Source of the DNA: Pelagomonas calceolata
Lineage: Eukaryota
Length of the DNA stretch: 64,000 nt
Direction: 5' to 3'
NCBI GenBank assembly: GCA_918797485.1
Contig: CAKKNE010000002.1
Coordinates: forward strand, 5,332,001-5,396,000
Part shown: piece after piece, positions 1-10,301 of the stretch
How positions within the stretch are numbered: position 1 is the stretch's first letter
Layout of the letters: each line of letters starts with the position of its first letter
Notes under the pieces: generated by a model
Told to the model about the DNA's origin: nothing
What the model saw: only the letters and a program-made list of their open reading frames with translations
Database searches by the model: none
Position numbers and translations under genes: made by a program

Positions 1-126
1 GCGACGCTCGAAGCCACGGAACGGACCGCGCGGCGCGTGCTCGGCGGCGCCCACCCAATCACAGGATCGATTGAGAAAGGCCTCCAACAAGCGCGAAAGA
101 CGCTCGCGGCGTTCGCCGCGCCCTAG
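1..126 (+). CDS. 3' end of a gene running in from the left; C-terminus of a helical protein family
   Basis: Frame 1 is open to TAG at 124-126 and reads ATLEATERTARRVLGGAHPITGSIEKGLQQARKTLAAFAAP. The xERxARRVxGGAHP tail resembles, from recall, an expanded pelagophyte family. Confidence 0.6.
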   Translation, partial: ATLEATERTARRVLGGAHPITGSIEKGLQQARKTLAAFAAP

Positions 127-337
127 CCAAGTCGGCGCGCGGGCCGCGAACGGGGCTTTAATCGTCTTAATTGGTACGAGACTCTAATTCAAGGGGTGGT
201 CGCACGTCTGCGGAAAGCCCAAGCTAGCGGCATCGACGCACTAGCTTGGATTGCGTGTGCTCTCGGCACTTGGGAGATCATCTGCTCTGCACGCGAGCTA
301 GTGGACGCATCGGTGCAGGAAAGGGCTCGTGGCAATC

Positions 338-1590
338 ATGCAACGCCTGTGTCTCCTCCTCCCGCTGGCAAGCGCGCTGCTGGCACCCATCTCTCCTGCT
401 GCACGCACCATTGCCGTGCGGCCAAACAGCTACTTGGACGACCTGCCCGCGGCCGCCGCGACGAAACCTGCGCCGGCACCGGTCGCCGCGCCTGCCCCGG
501 CGCCGGCCCCGTCGCCCGTCGCCGCGGCCCCCGCGCCCGCGCCCGCGCCCGCCGCGGCGCCCGCGACGCCGGTCGCCGGCGACGTGCCCGCCGTTATTGT
601 GGGATCCGGCGGCCGCATCGGCGGCATGCTCCTCAAGGACGGCGACGCCGCCTGGACGTCGACGAGCGGCTGGCCCGCCGACGCGCCCAAGGAGGGCCCC
701 ATCTACGTCTGCACGCGCAATGATGCGTTGGAAGGTATCATCGCGGCGACGCCGGAGAATCGGAGAAAGGACCTCTGCTTCCTCCAGAACGGCATGCTGG
801 GACCCTTCTTGGAAGCTCAAGGCCTGCCGGACGCGACGCAGATCCTCATGTACGTCGCGGTCGCCAAAAAAGGTGAAGAACCGACTGATGGTATTACTGA
901 TGCGAACCCCGAGGGCCTGACGACGGCCACGGGCAAGTGGGCGAACGCGTTTCAAGCGAGGCTGGTCAATCACTGTGTGGAAAATTTTACGGCGCGTTCG
1001 TGCTGAATCATCGCGTCGTCCTCCACGCCATCGACGCGACGCCTGCTCGATGGCGTGGCGATGCCGGTTCCTCGCCGCTCGACCGAGCCAGGTCGGCCGC
1101 GTCATCGCCGAGAAATGACTTAGTGAAGAATTGTCGGGTGCACCCGATGCACTGGTTGATTTCCACACAGGTCAATCAGGGCCTCACGTGCCACGTCAAG
1201 GACGGCGACGCCTTCACGATCGCCATGCTCGAGAAGCACGTCTGGATCTGCGCGTTCATGTTAGTCGGCGCTTCTCACGGCGGCTGCACCGTCGGCGAGG
1301 TCGAGTCGACGTACACCAAAGAGTTCGAGGCTCTGGCCAGTGAGATGATGACGGCGGGCGCCGCTGCATTAAATGTGGACGTCGCCGACGGGTACTTGGA
1401 CCGCCTCAAGGCCTACGCGCGCGCGGTTTCGCACTTCCCGACGGCGGTCAAGGAGTTCGAGTGGCGCAACGGCTGGTTCTACAAGCTGACCTGTGACGCG
1501 GTCAAGGCGGGCCGCGAGGACCCCATGCCGCTGCACACGCAGGCGCTCTACGACCTCAAGCTGCCGCTGCCGATCGCGTGGATCAACTAG
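338..1590 (+). CDS. Plastid-targeted At1g16080-like protein (ketopantoate-reductase-like); exons 338-964 and 1171-1590
   Basis: Signal peptide MQRLCLLLPLASA-LL, Pro/Ala linker, then motifs VIVGSGGRIG, IYVCTRND, FLQNGML, TDANPEGLT, LEKHVWICAFMLVGA and HFPTAVKEFEWRNGWFY. The phase-0 GT-AG intron 965-1170 joins the two ORFs in frame. Confidence 0.85.
965..1178 (+). mobile_element. Introner (MITE-like) forming intron 965-1170
   Basis: Perfect 8-bp TSD GTCAATCA at 965-972 and 1171-1178. TIR CTGTGTGGAAA (973) / TTTCCACACAG (ends 1170). The GT donor comes from the TSD and the AG acceptor from the TIR. Confidence 0.92.
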
Positions 1591-1639
1591 GCAGTGTTCT
1601 AATATGGGTCTGGAGTCTTAGTTCGGGGCGCGCGGGTTC

Positions 1640-2227
1640 CTAGTAATCCCGGTACCAGGCAGCGGCGTGCACGTCGTTGGGCTTCGGCGTGACGGGGATT
1701 TTCCGGAAGACGGGGCTTCGGAGCGACGGTGGGCAGCAGCACTCGCACCGGCCCGCGAAGGCGGGGCCGTCGTACTCGAACGGGAAGCAGACGCTCTCTT
1801 TCACGCCTCCAAACCGGAAATAGTAATCATCTTCTTCAAACACGTTGTCGCGCTTCGCTGCGATGTCCTCGGCGACCGCTCGGGACCAGCGCGACACGTC
1901 CAGCGCCAGCTTCCAGCCGCTGAGCGCCTTGACGGTCGCGCCGAGGGACGCGGTCCGCGCCGGATCGTGGAGGCGCGACTCGAGGAGCGCCTGGACGTCG
2001 AACAGGAGCTTGCGCGGCGACTCGGAGACGCGGCGCCACATATCAACTGGTGGTATGTCGCCCCTAGTCAAGCGCTCGCCGAGCACGCGGAGAATAGCAA
2101 TGTCCAGAGCTTTTGCGCAGTTCCTGTCTTGCTTGGCCTGACCAGGCGCGCCTGAATCGGCCGGCGCGGTCTCGACTTTGCGCTGTAAAACCCGGCTCCG
2201 ACTGGAAGCGTGCAAGGAACCCGACAC
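1640..2227 (-). CDS. Hypothetical protein (start uncertain)
   Basis: 195-codon ORF with plausible composition filling the gap between genes. No recognisable motif and a non-ATG start in the track. Confidence 0.35.
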   Translation of the reverse strand: MSGSLHASSRSRVLQRKVETAPADSGAPGQAKQDRNCAKALDIAILRVLGERLTRGDIPPVDMWRRVSESPRKLLFDVQALLESRLHDPARTASLGATVKALSGWKLALDVSRWSRAVAEDIAAKRDNVFEEDDYYFRFGGVKESVCFPFEYDGPAFAGRCECCCPPSLRSPVFRKIPVTPKPNDVHAAAWYRDY

Positions 2228-2346
2228 AAGTCACACACAACAAAAGTTATCACGCGCGCGCACCGATGCTCCGCAACGTCGTCGTCGCCGCCGCAGCGCT
2301 CGCCGCGCGCGCGACGTTCGCTCGGACGCCCGCCGCCCACGGCGCA

Positions 2347-3237
2347 CTAGTCCCGAGTCGGTGGCGGCAGCGGCCGCGCGAGATCCAACAACCCCTCGAG
2401 GATCATGAACACGAATAGATTGAACGGCGCCTGGCGGCCATACATGGGCCAGAAGCCCTTGTATAAAGCGCGAGGACCTTCGTGCCGCACGGTCTCGGCG
2501 ACGCAGTGGAACGGCCCCTTAAACCTCGCCTCGGACGCGTCCTTGGACATGAGCCGCGTCTTCACGCAATCAAAGGGCGCCCCCACGGCGGCCGTCGCGA
2601 CGCCGGCGGCCAGGGCGGAGACCAACCGTCCTGAGACCGTATCCACGTCGCCGGCGACCTCGCGCGCTAAAGCCTTAGAATAATCATAAACGAAGAGGCC
2701 GGCCCCGTTGACGAACGACGCGCGGGCGACGTTCGGGCTGAGGCCGGACCAGAACGCCTTTTCTGCCACTACCGCTCGAAAAGCACTCGCCACGCCACTG
2801 TAGCGCCTTGGTAAACCCTCTAAGGCTCGACGCCCGTCGGCCTGGAGCCTCAACTTCACGACGTCGGTGGGGTTGGCCACCGCCGCGGCGCCGCCGCCCG
2901 ACAGCGCCCCGGCGGCCACGGCCGTCGGCACCGAGTCGCCGGGCAGCGCGTCCTTGATGAACGGGTAGGCGAAGAAGGACAAACCACCGTAGCAGAACTG
3001 GCGCGTCGCCGCGGCCGGCAGCCCGCTCCAGAACGCGAGGACGCCCTCTTTTTTTAGGATGGTACGGGCCATGGCGACGACACCAAGCCGCGGTGCCGAC
3101 GGCGGCAGCAGCTCGTTTTGTAATTGCAGTCTGACTTTGAGGAAGTCCGCCGGCAGGCACGCGCTGTCGGCGAGGACGCAGGCCGTCGACGTGCAGGCGA
3201 AGCGCAGCGCCGGCGAGCAGGTGGTCGTTTTCTCCAT
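2347..3237 (-). CDS. Mitochondrial carrier (SLC25), UCP/dicarboxylate-oxoglutarate-like
   Basis: Three PxD/ExxKxR signatures (PADFLKVRLQ, PTDVVKLRLQ, PFDCVKTRLM) plus EG..AFWSG and EGPRALYKGF; 296 aa. Confidence 0.9.
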   Translation of the reverse strand: MEKTTTCSPALRFACTSTACVLADSACLPADFLKVRLQLQNELLPPSAPRLGVVAMARTILKKEGVLAFWSGLPAAATRQFCYGGLSFFAYPFIKDALPGDSVPTAVAAGALSGGGAAAVANPTDVVKLRLQADGRRALEGLPRRYSGVASAFRAVVAEKAFWSGLSPNVARASFVNGAGLFVYDYSKALAREVAGDVDTVSGRLVSALAAGVATAAVGAPFDCVKTRLMSKDASEARFKGPFHCVAETVRHEGPRALYKGFWPMYGRQAPFNLFVFMILEGLLDLARPLPPPTRD

Positions 3238-3786
3238 TGTTCTAGGTTTCTAGCGGTGCTCGCGGCAATGTTTTAGCGTTCTAGCGTGCTCGCGGCAAGC
3301 GATGAACCTTCGACCGCTCCGCTCGCTTGCCAAAATTAAATGCCCGGCAGTGCAGTGGCCTTGTGTGCGTCGGGTGCAGCGCAAGTTGACTGTGTGCACG
3401 CGTGGTGTGCAGTAAAGGTACCTGGTCGACGATTCTTGCAAACAAGGCCAACCTAGCGTCACATTAACGCCCGGTTTCAGCTTCTCGCTCTCTAGTAACC
3501 TTACGCCGCTAGCTGAGTTGCGCGCGGCGCCGGGTTCCCAGTGCTTGGGTAGCTCTGCGAGTTGCCAGTTGTTGTCGTGGACGGCCGCAAGCCAGCGAAC
3601 TCGCGCCAGCGCGAGCGCCAGCGCCGAGACAGCAGTGCTCTCCCAAAGTTCAAAAAGCCCAGGGCAGGCGACCGCCGCGCGCCGTCGCCGCGCGCGCGAC
3701 AGATCAATAACAGGCATCGCCGCGAGCGCGATAGATCACAGACCGCCGCCGCGCGCGCGATCGACCATACCAACAGCTACGGAACG

Positions 3787-4806
3787 ATGGACGAGCAGCG
3801 CGCTTTATTAGATCAGCTCATGGGCTCGCAGCGCGACATACCCGATCATAAAAAACGCGAGGTCCACTTCTACGATAGGGAAATAGACAAGTTCTGGCTA
3901 TTAGGAGTGCAGCCCTTCGATCTTTTTCGCAATACCAGTTGGAGCCCTCGACTCGCATCCATATACAGAGGGAGCATGGGCTATGATTTAGAGAGGTCCA
4001 TGGGCCGCGAGCAGCCTCTGAGTGTGCTGCCGGAGTGGAACGCGTTGCCTCAAGACAAGCAGGACGCGTATGGGTATGAACACGAATTATGTATCTTCCT
4101 GGAAGCGCTGATACGGTCCTGCGACAAGAACGTCGAGAAGGCGCGAGATGCCCACGAGCGCGGCGCGACCGACGTCACTGCTCAAGAAGCGCAACAACTC
4201 CTAGACCTCGACACGAAGATCGCTGAAATACAAAAACGCTCCGAAGCTGCGGCAGAATCAGGCGACGTCGACACATCGTTATCACTCCTCGCCGAGGTCG
4301 ATCAATTGGAGCAGAAGAAGCGGCAGGTCGGACACATGGAGGAAAAAACGAAAAAAGTCCTGGTCTGCGAAGTCTCCGGGAACGTTGTACAAAATACTGA
4401 AATAAGAATCCAGGAGCACTATCAAGGGAGGTTGTACCTGGGCTGGAAGAAGGTGCGGGATCGGTACGCGCTGATCAAGGACAAATACAAGGACAAGCGG
4501 CACCCGAACCCGCAGTGGCGCCACCGGACGAAGGGCGAGAAAGAAGCGGCTGGTAAGGAGCGAGCGGCTCCGCGGTCGTATAGTCGCCGGGACGACGGCT
4601 ACGACCGGCGGCGCGACGATAGAGATCGAAGGGACGACTACCGGCGCGACGGGTACGACCGGCCGCGCTCTCGCGACGAGCGCTCTCGCGACGACGATCG
4701 ACGGCGGCGGCGGTCGCGTTCGCGGTCGCGCGGCCGCCGGCGGTACGACTACGAAGATGATGACCCGCGGTCGCGGTACGACTCGCGGTCGAGGTACTAC
4801 CGGTAA
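3787..4806 (+). CDS. LUC7: LUC7-like U1 snRNP protein
   Basis: MDEQRALLDQLMG N-terminus, YGYE motif, VCEVSG...EHYQGRLYLGW second zinc-finger region, RS/RD-rich tail. ATG at 3787. Confidence 0.85.
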   Translation: MDEQRALLDQLMGSQRDIPDHKKREVHFYDREIDKFWLLGVQPFDLFRNTSWSPRLASIYRGSMGYDLERSMGREQPLSVLPEWNALPQDKQDAYGYEHELCIFLEALIRSCDKNVEKARDAHERGATDVTAQEAQQLLDLDTKIAEIQKRSEAAAESGDVDTSLSLLAEVDQLEQKKRQVGHMEEKTKKVLVCEVSGNVVQNTEIRIQEHYQGRLYLGWKKVRDRYALIKDKYKDKRHPNPQWRHRTKGEKEAAGKERAAPRSYSRRDDGYDRRRDDRDRRDDYRRDGYDRPRSRDERSRDDDRRRRRSRSRSRGRRRYDYEDDDPRSRYDSRSRYYR

Positions 4807-4890
4807 AGTTGTCACGTAGTGCCCCTTTTAGGACGGGGGAGGGAAGCTTGGTCGTAGCGCCTTGTGCGTCTACGACAGATGAATCACGCC

Positions 4891-5302
4891 TCAACCATCG
4901 ACCGCGTCGACGACGCCCGCCGCCGTGATGGAGAACTCGCAATCCCCATAAGGCATGAAGGGCGAGTGCTGGAGGACCGCCTTCTTGCGGCCGCGGCCCG
5001 TGACGATCTGCGAGACTTCGGACTGGTAGAGGCCGAACGCCTTCGCCGCGTCCGTCTGGGTGCCGAAGCGGCGCCACGACGCGTCGCCGATGCGGCGCAT
5101 CTCGATGGCCTTGCTGACGACGCGGCGCAGAGCGACGGTCTGGGGTCTGACGGCCGGCGGCGGCGCGGCGGCTGCCGGTGCCGGCGCTCGGGCCGAAGAC
5201 TTTGCTGACGACGGCCTGGAAGGCCTCGGGCGAGAGGTCTGCGACCGCGCTCTGGAGGATCATGCGTTTGTCTGGGGTCCAGACGATCGGTGAGGACGCC
5301 AT
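4891..5302 (-). pseudogene. Small gene with an ET-like helix region and an HTH-like domain, split by a 1-nt frameshift near 5190
   Basis: Frame A reads MASSPIVWTPDKRMILQSAVADLSPEAFQAVVSKVFG. Frame B continues APAPAAAAPPPAVRPQTVALRRVVSKAIEMRRIGDASWRRFGTQTDAAKAFGLYQSEVSQIV. No obvious intron. Confidence 0.4.
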
Positions 5303-5705
5303 AGTTCCGGCGCGCGTCGATGAGCTCCCGGGCTCTTTTTAAAACACAGAGGCGATTTTGACCGCCGGGCGCGTCTATCCTTTTCTGAATTCAAAAGATT
5401 GACGCCTCGGATCGTCGCGGTCGTCCAGAATCACGTCTGAGCTTCGCGCGGGCGCGTAGACAGCGCGCGGCTAAGCGCGGCTTGAGGCTAGTAGGTCTGT
5501 GACACTAGACATTAGTCGGCAGGTAGCGGCTCGAGCTGCACAGGCTACCTACTATCTTGCACGTATTCATACGCACGGGTCACAGACCTCGCAGCGCTGC
5601 TAAAGTCTGCTCGCAAAGCTGAGGTCCAAGCAGCTCTGCCGGCAGAGCTCTGGAATCGCGGCAGGAGAGCGCAGAGCAGCACGACTCGCCGCGGCAGCAT
5701 AGACC

Positions 5706-6398
5706 ATGTCCGACTCCGACAGCGACGAAGATTTCGTGGATCTGACGCAGGAGGACGACGACGAGCGGCCCAAGCCCAAGCCGGCCAAAAAGCCCGCCGC
5801 GAAAGCCAAAGCGCCGCCGAAGAAGAAGGCGGCCAAGGCGCCCAAAGATGATGAGGATGAGGAGCCCAAGGAGGCGCCAAAACCGAAGCCCAAGCCCAAG
5901 CCGCGGCCCAAGAAGCCCACGGGGCCAAGAGGCGACATGCCCCTCGTGCTCACGGCCGGCGCGGGCCGCGACGGCAAAAGGACATTAATGGTCGAGCTCG
6001 ATTCGAAAGCGGGAGGCTTCGGCGTCGACACGGGCGCTATCGGGCGCGCGTCGTTCCCTAGAGTTGATGGGAAGCGCAAGTTTCGGTTGGACCTGCGAGG
6101 CCAGGAATACGACGCCACCATCCGCCCCTGCGCGACGATGCTCGTGCTGAATGTGGCCGGCGCCGAAGCCAGAGTAGAAACGGTCATCAGCGAGTACGCG
6201 ACCATCAAGCACACGCACGACGCGACAACCGCCTACGATCAAGATTTCGGGACGTACGCGGGCGACGCGAACGTGAACGCGCGCCGTCGGCGCGGCGACA
6301 GCGACGGCAGCGACAGCGACGCGGCTCCACAAAAGAAGAAGCCGAAGAAGAAGCCAGCGGCGCGGAAGCGGAAGCCTGCCGCTCGGAAGAAGAAGTAA
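5706..6398 (+). CDS. BIN4: BIN4-like DNA-binding protein (topoisomerase VI accessory subunit)
   Basis: Core MPLVL..TLMVELD..GVDTGAIGR..LDLRGQEYDATIRPCATMLVLNVAGAEARVETVISEY matches the recalled plant BIN4 C-terminal core (LPLVL..GDMGAVGR..LDLKG.IY..TI.P..T.CVV.VG..EAKIEAIMNDF). Acidic and Lys-rich tails. Confidence 0.65.
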   Translation: MSDSDSDEDFVDLTQEDDDERPKPKPAKKPAAKAKAPPKKKAAKAPKDDEDEEPKEAPKPKPKPKPRPKKPTGPRGDMPLVLTAGAGRDGKRTLMVELDSKAGGFGVDTGAIGRASFPRVDGKRKFRLDLRGQEYDATIRPCATMLVLNVAGAEARVETVISEYATIKHTHDATTAYDQDFGTYAGDANVNARRRRGDSDGSDSDAAPQKKKPKKKPAARKRKPAARKKK

Positions 6399-6401
6399 TC
6401 A

Positions 6402-7595
6402 CTAACTTAGCAGTGTCTCGTCGGGGAAGTTCTTGGTCCCCTCCGTGTACCAGGGCCGCGCGTACGCGATGTAGAGGATCGGCCGCTTCGCCGTTCCGGA
6501 ATTCGCCATCCCCCTATGCACCGTCCGCGTATCAAACAGAATCGCGTCGCCGACCGAACCCGCTAATTGTAAAGAGGATTTGGAGGGGATGTGGGCGCCC
6601 GTTCTAGCGCGCTCCTCGAAGAGCTCCTTCGCCACGCTTTCGTAATGAGACCCTGGCCAGAACTCGGTCGGGCCGTTGTCCGCGTCCACATCCACCAGTG
6701 GACAGATGACCGTGACGCAGTGCGGCGACGCGATATGAACATCAGTGTGGGGAAAGAGGTGGCCGTTGTCGCAGTGCATGTCTTGGGTTTTCGCGCCCGG
6801 GACACTTATGATACATGAGTCGTATAGCGATACGCAGTCGGGCCCTAGTAGTTTGTGTATGGCCGGCATCCATGGTGCACTGTCCAGGAACTTCCTAACC
6901 TCATCAGGTACCTTCATGTCGAAGCGACCGTCGCTCCGGTGCACTATCTCGTTGAACTCGAAGCGGTCGATGCCGTTTAACAGTAAGGGCGGCGTCTTCG
7001 CGCCGAGCGCGGCCTCGACCGCGGCCCAGCGGTCGTCGACGACGGCGGCGCAGCGCGCGAGGGTTTCCTTATCCACCATGTCCCGCACGAACGCGACGCC
7101 GTGCTCGATCACCGCGTCTCTGATAGAACTAGCGTCCTTGTCCACGACGAACTCCTCCACGTCCAGGCAGGGCGGCGCGCCCCACGTCGCCGGCTCCTCG
7201 GGCGTCAGGAAGTTCCAGCCGTTCCGCTCCAGGCACTTCTCCTCGGACTCGACTTCCAGGGATACCCACTTAGGGGCGTCGGACGCTTCGCAGCGCCGAT
7301 CCAGCTTGAACGCGCCCGCGGACTTCTCGTAGCGGTAGAGCGGCTTTGTTTGATCGAGTGCGTCGAGCGCCTCGTGGGAAGCGTAGCGCCCGGCGTAGAT
7401 CGCCGCGACGTCGGGCTGTGCTAGAGCGGCCGCTAGCCGGTCCACGTCGACGACGTCCGGCTCCAGGCCCCTCGATTGGAGCGACGCCGCGACCGCGTCC
7501 ACATCAATATCCTCTTCTCCTCTATAGACCACCGCGCGGCGCGGGGCCGGCGCGAGCGCCAGTGCGGTGCCGAGGAGCAAGGCCAGGCGATGCAT
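6402..7595 (-). CDS. PhyH-family 2OG-Fe(II) dioxygenase with N-terminal signal peptide
   Basis: HxD motif (QDMHCD), PLVDVDADNGPTEFWPGSH, GDAILFDTRTVHRGMAN..R. Leader MHRLALLLGTALA. Confidence 0.85.
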   Translation of the reverse strand: MHRLALLLGTALALAPAPRRAVVYRGEEDIDVDAVAASLQSRGLEPDVVDVDRLAAALAQPDVAAIYAGRYASHEALDALDQTKPLYRYEKSAGAFKLDRRCEASDAPKWVSLEVESEEKCLERNGWNFLTPEEPATWGAPPCLDVEEFVVDKDASSIRDAVIEHGVAFVRDMVDKETLARCAAVVDDRWAAVEAALGAKTPPLLLNGIDRFEFNEIVHRSDGRFDMKVPDEVRKFLDSAPWMPAIHKLLGPDCVSLYDSCIISVPGAKTQDMHCDNGHLFPHTDVHIASPHCVTVICPLVDVDADNGPTEFWPGSHYESVAKELFEERARTGAHIPSKSSLQLAGSVGDAILFDTRTVHRGMANSGTAKRPILYIAYARPWYTEGTKNFPDETLLS

Positions 7596-7994
7596 CGCCG
7601 TCGATTGCACAGCGCTCGCGGAGAGTCAGTGAGGTTGCACTGCACGCACTGGTGCAAGGAATGCAGCACGCGTCGGGCGTCTTAGCGAGGAATTGCAGTA
7701 CGGGTCACAATGAGCAATGCGATAGCAAACGGCAGCAATCGTCGATCGCTACGGCGTGCACTTGCTGCTGATCGCGTGCTTGAACACTAGCAAAACTCAC
7801 TAGGGCCGCAACAACTATCGCAAGGCCGGATTAAGAATCGCGGCGGCGGCCGCGCGGCGACGGCCGATCCCGTACTCGACTCCCTCGTGACGCTGGGCGA
7901 CGACGGCGTCGCTGAGCCACCGGCCGCGGCCGCCGCGCGAGCAAACGTATCGACGAAAAGCTAGTTATAAAAACGGGGGGAGAGCGCGCGCCTA

Positions 7995-9753
7995 CTACTG
8001 CCCCTCGCGCTTCCGCGGCGCGCAGCGCACGATGTCGTCCACTCTCAGAATCATCTCCGCCGCCTCCGCGGCCGAGACCAGCACGTGGAGCTTGGACTTG
8101 AACGACTCGCGGATGCCCAGCTCCGTCATGTCCGCCACGTCGCCCTTGACCATGTCCAGGCCCGCCGTGTCCTGGCCTCTAGCATGCGCCGCCCGTAGTC
8201 TTGTAACTAATTCACTCGCGTCGAAGCCACCGTTGTCCGCGATGATCGCTGGTAATGCTCTAAGAGCCCTAGCGAAGCCCTCCATGGCGAGAGCCTTCTT
8301 GCCCGGCGTGTTCGGCACTTCAGAATCAATGGCTCTTGCCATGCGCGTCTCGCAGCACCCGCCGCCCGGGATCGTGCGCGTCTCCCGCACCGTTCTTGAC
8401 AGGACACAGAGAGCGTCATGTAGAGATCTCTCGGCCTCATCTAAAACATGTGTGGATGCACCCCTCAACACAACGGTACACGCCTCGCCCGACGCGCAGC
8501 CCGAGAATCTGATTAATTTGTCCTCCCCGATCATGATCTCGTCGATCAAATCGCACGTTCCTAGTTTCGCTAAATCAGGTCTATCGAAAGTTGAGGTAAT
8601 TTCAGCACCAAGAACGGCAGCCAAGCGCTCCGTGCCCTCGAAGTCCGCGTGCTCGATGGCCATGACGCCTCGCTTGGCGAAGATCTCTTCGGGGTAGTTG
8701 TAAATCAACTGGCGGTTGATGAAGCAGTTGATGCCGTGGTCGCAGATCTTGGCGCACTTGGCGGCCATCTTATCTTTTTCAGCTTGTTCTATAGCCGCGA
8801 CCTTCGACAGCGAGTCGACCTTCACTCTAGCACCATAAATCTTGATCTTGTCCGTGTCCATGGCCGTGTTCGCGACCATGACCTTGGCTTTTTCTAATCT
8901 CTTGGGTTGCCCTATCCCAATCTTTTTATCTAAAACAAACCCTTCGGCCAGGTACGAGTCGCCGAGCTGCCCGCCCGGCTTCTTGAGGAGCTGGATGTAG
9001 TCGAGGTTGTCGCTACCCTTCAGGCGCAGCACGGCATCGACCTGTGTGGAAATCAACCAGTGAGTCAGGTTTCTCGGCACCGCGGCCCTGGTTTCGGCCC
9101 AAACTCGGACACGACCTCCGAGGGATACCCTCGACGGCGTAGAGCGAGCCACACCTCACGCACACCCCGAGAGACCCCGAATTGAAGGGCGCTTGAACTT
9201 TGATTTCCGCACTGGCATCGACGGCGAGCTTCGCAAAGTGCTCCTTCTCGTACAAGACTAGTTTCGAGGATAATGTCGTGCGCGCGATCTCCATCAGCCG
9301 CTCGCGGAACTTTTCTTCGTTGGTCTCGCGGGTCGCGGCTTTTTCTAGCTCAGCTTTGGCGAGCTTGGCGGCCAAGCGCCACCCCGCAGCGATCGTCTGC
9401 GGGTGGACTCTCGCATCGATGAGCTTCTCGGCCTCTCTCAGTAACTCGCCACAGAGCACGGCGACGGATGTCGTCCCGTCGCCGACCTCCTCGTCCTGCG
9501 TTTTCGCGATGTCGACCAGCACCTTCGCGGCGGCGTTGTCGATGTGGACCGATCTCAATATAGTAGCTCCGTCGTTCGTGACCTCGATCTTGCCCTCCTT
9601 CGACGACACGCTCTGCAGAATCTTGTCCATGCCCTTGGGCCCCAACGTGGACTTGACGAGGTCGGCGATCGCGATGGCCCCCACGAAGCTCGCCATGCGC
9701 GCGTTCTCGCCCTTCTCGACGCTCGCCTCCTCGTTGATGATGCCCTCGTTCAT
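7995..9753 (-). CDS. CCT2: T-complex protein 1 subunit beta; exons 9753-9223 and 9041-7995
   Basis: [59 protein letters not shown]. Phase-0 intron 9222-9042. Confidence 0.95.
9034..9222 (-). mobile_element. Introner in CCT2
   Basis: Perfect 8-bp TSD (GTCGATGC on - strand; 9215-9222 and 9034-9041). TIR CAGTGCGGAAATCAA / TTGATTTCCACACAG (13/15). Confidence 0.92.
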
Positions 9754-10301
9754 CTTTGCGTTCTGTTTTCAGCGGCGCGGCAGCAAATTTGGAGTAATTG
9801 TCTGAGGAGGACGGGCTAACTTGCGAGCGGCGGCGCGGCGGTGCAAGCTGCGGCCGCGGCGACGAGTTCGGTGCAAACGCAGTCCTTTGCAACGGTACAC
9901 GCGCCGAAATCCGTGGATGCGGCAGCTAGAATTGCAAGCGAGTTAGCCGTATTCGATAAACGCTATGGTAAGACACTAGCAAGCAGAAAACGGCTGCGTC
10001 CGCCCGCGAGGGTTCGCGCGGAGTCGCCGGTAGTCATTTCCAGACTCGCCAGGAGGCATGGACCCCGGTCGAGCGCGCCCTCGCTCCCCCAAGGCCCATG
10101 GGGCTGCAATGCCAGGACCAGCCCACCACGCCTCGCCCGGGCAGCCCTCCCCCGCGGCGCCCGGCGACGCCTCGCCCGCCTACAAACAGCCGTCTTTTTT
10201 CAAAGAAACCCGACCTCTCTCCTTCGATCAGCGGACCAGTGAGGCAAAAGGCAGCCCTTGTGAGGCTAGAGGCAGCCTCAGCCATGCCTTAAAATTGCAA
10301 G

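Noticed and set aside
3562..3786. N-terminal extensions of the LUC7 and Ran (59070-59396) ORFs
   Set aside because: Family homology begins at ATG 3787 and ATG 59397; the upstream parts are low-complexity UTR-like sequence.
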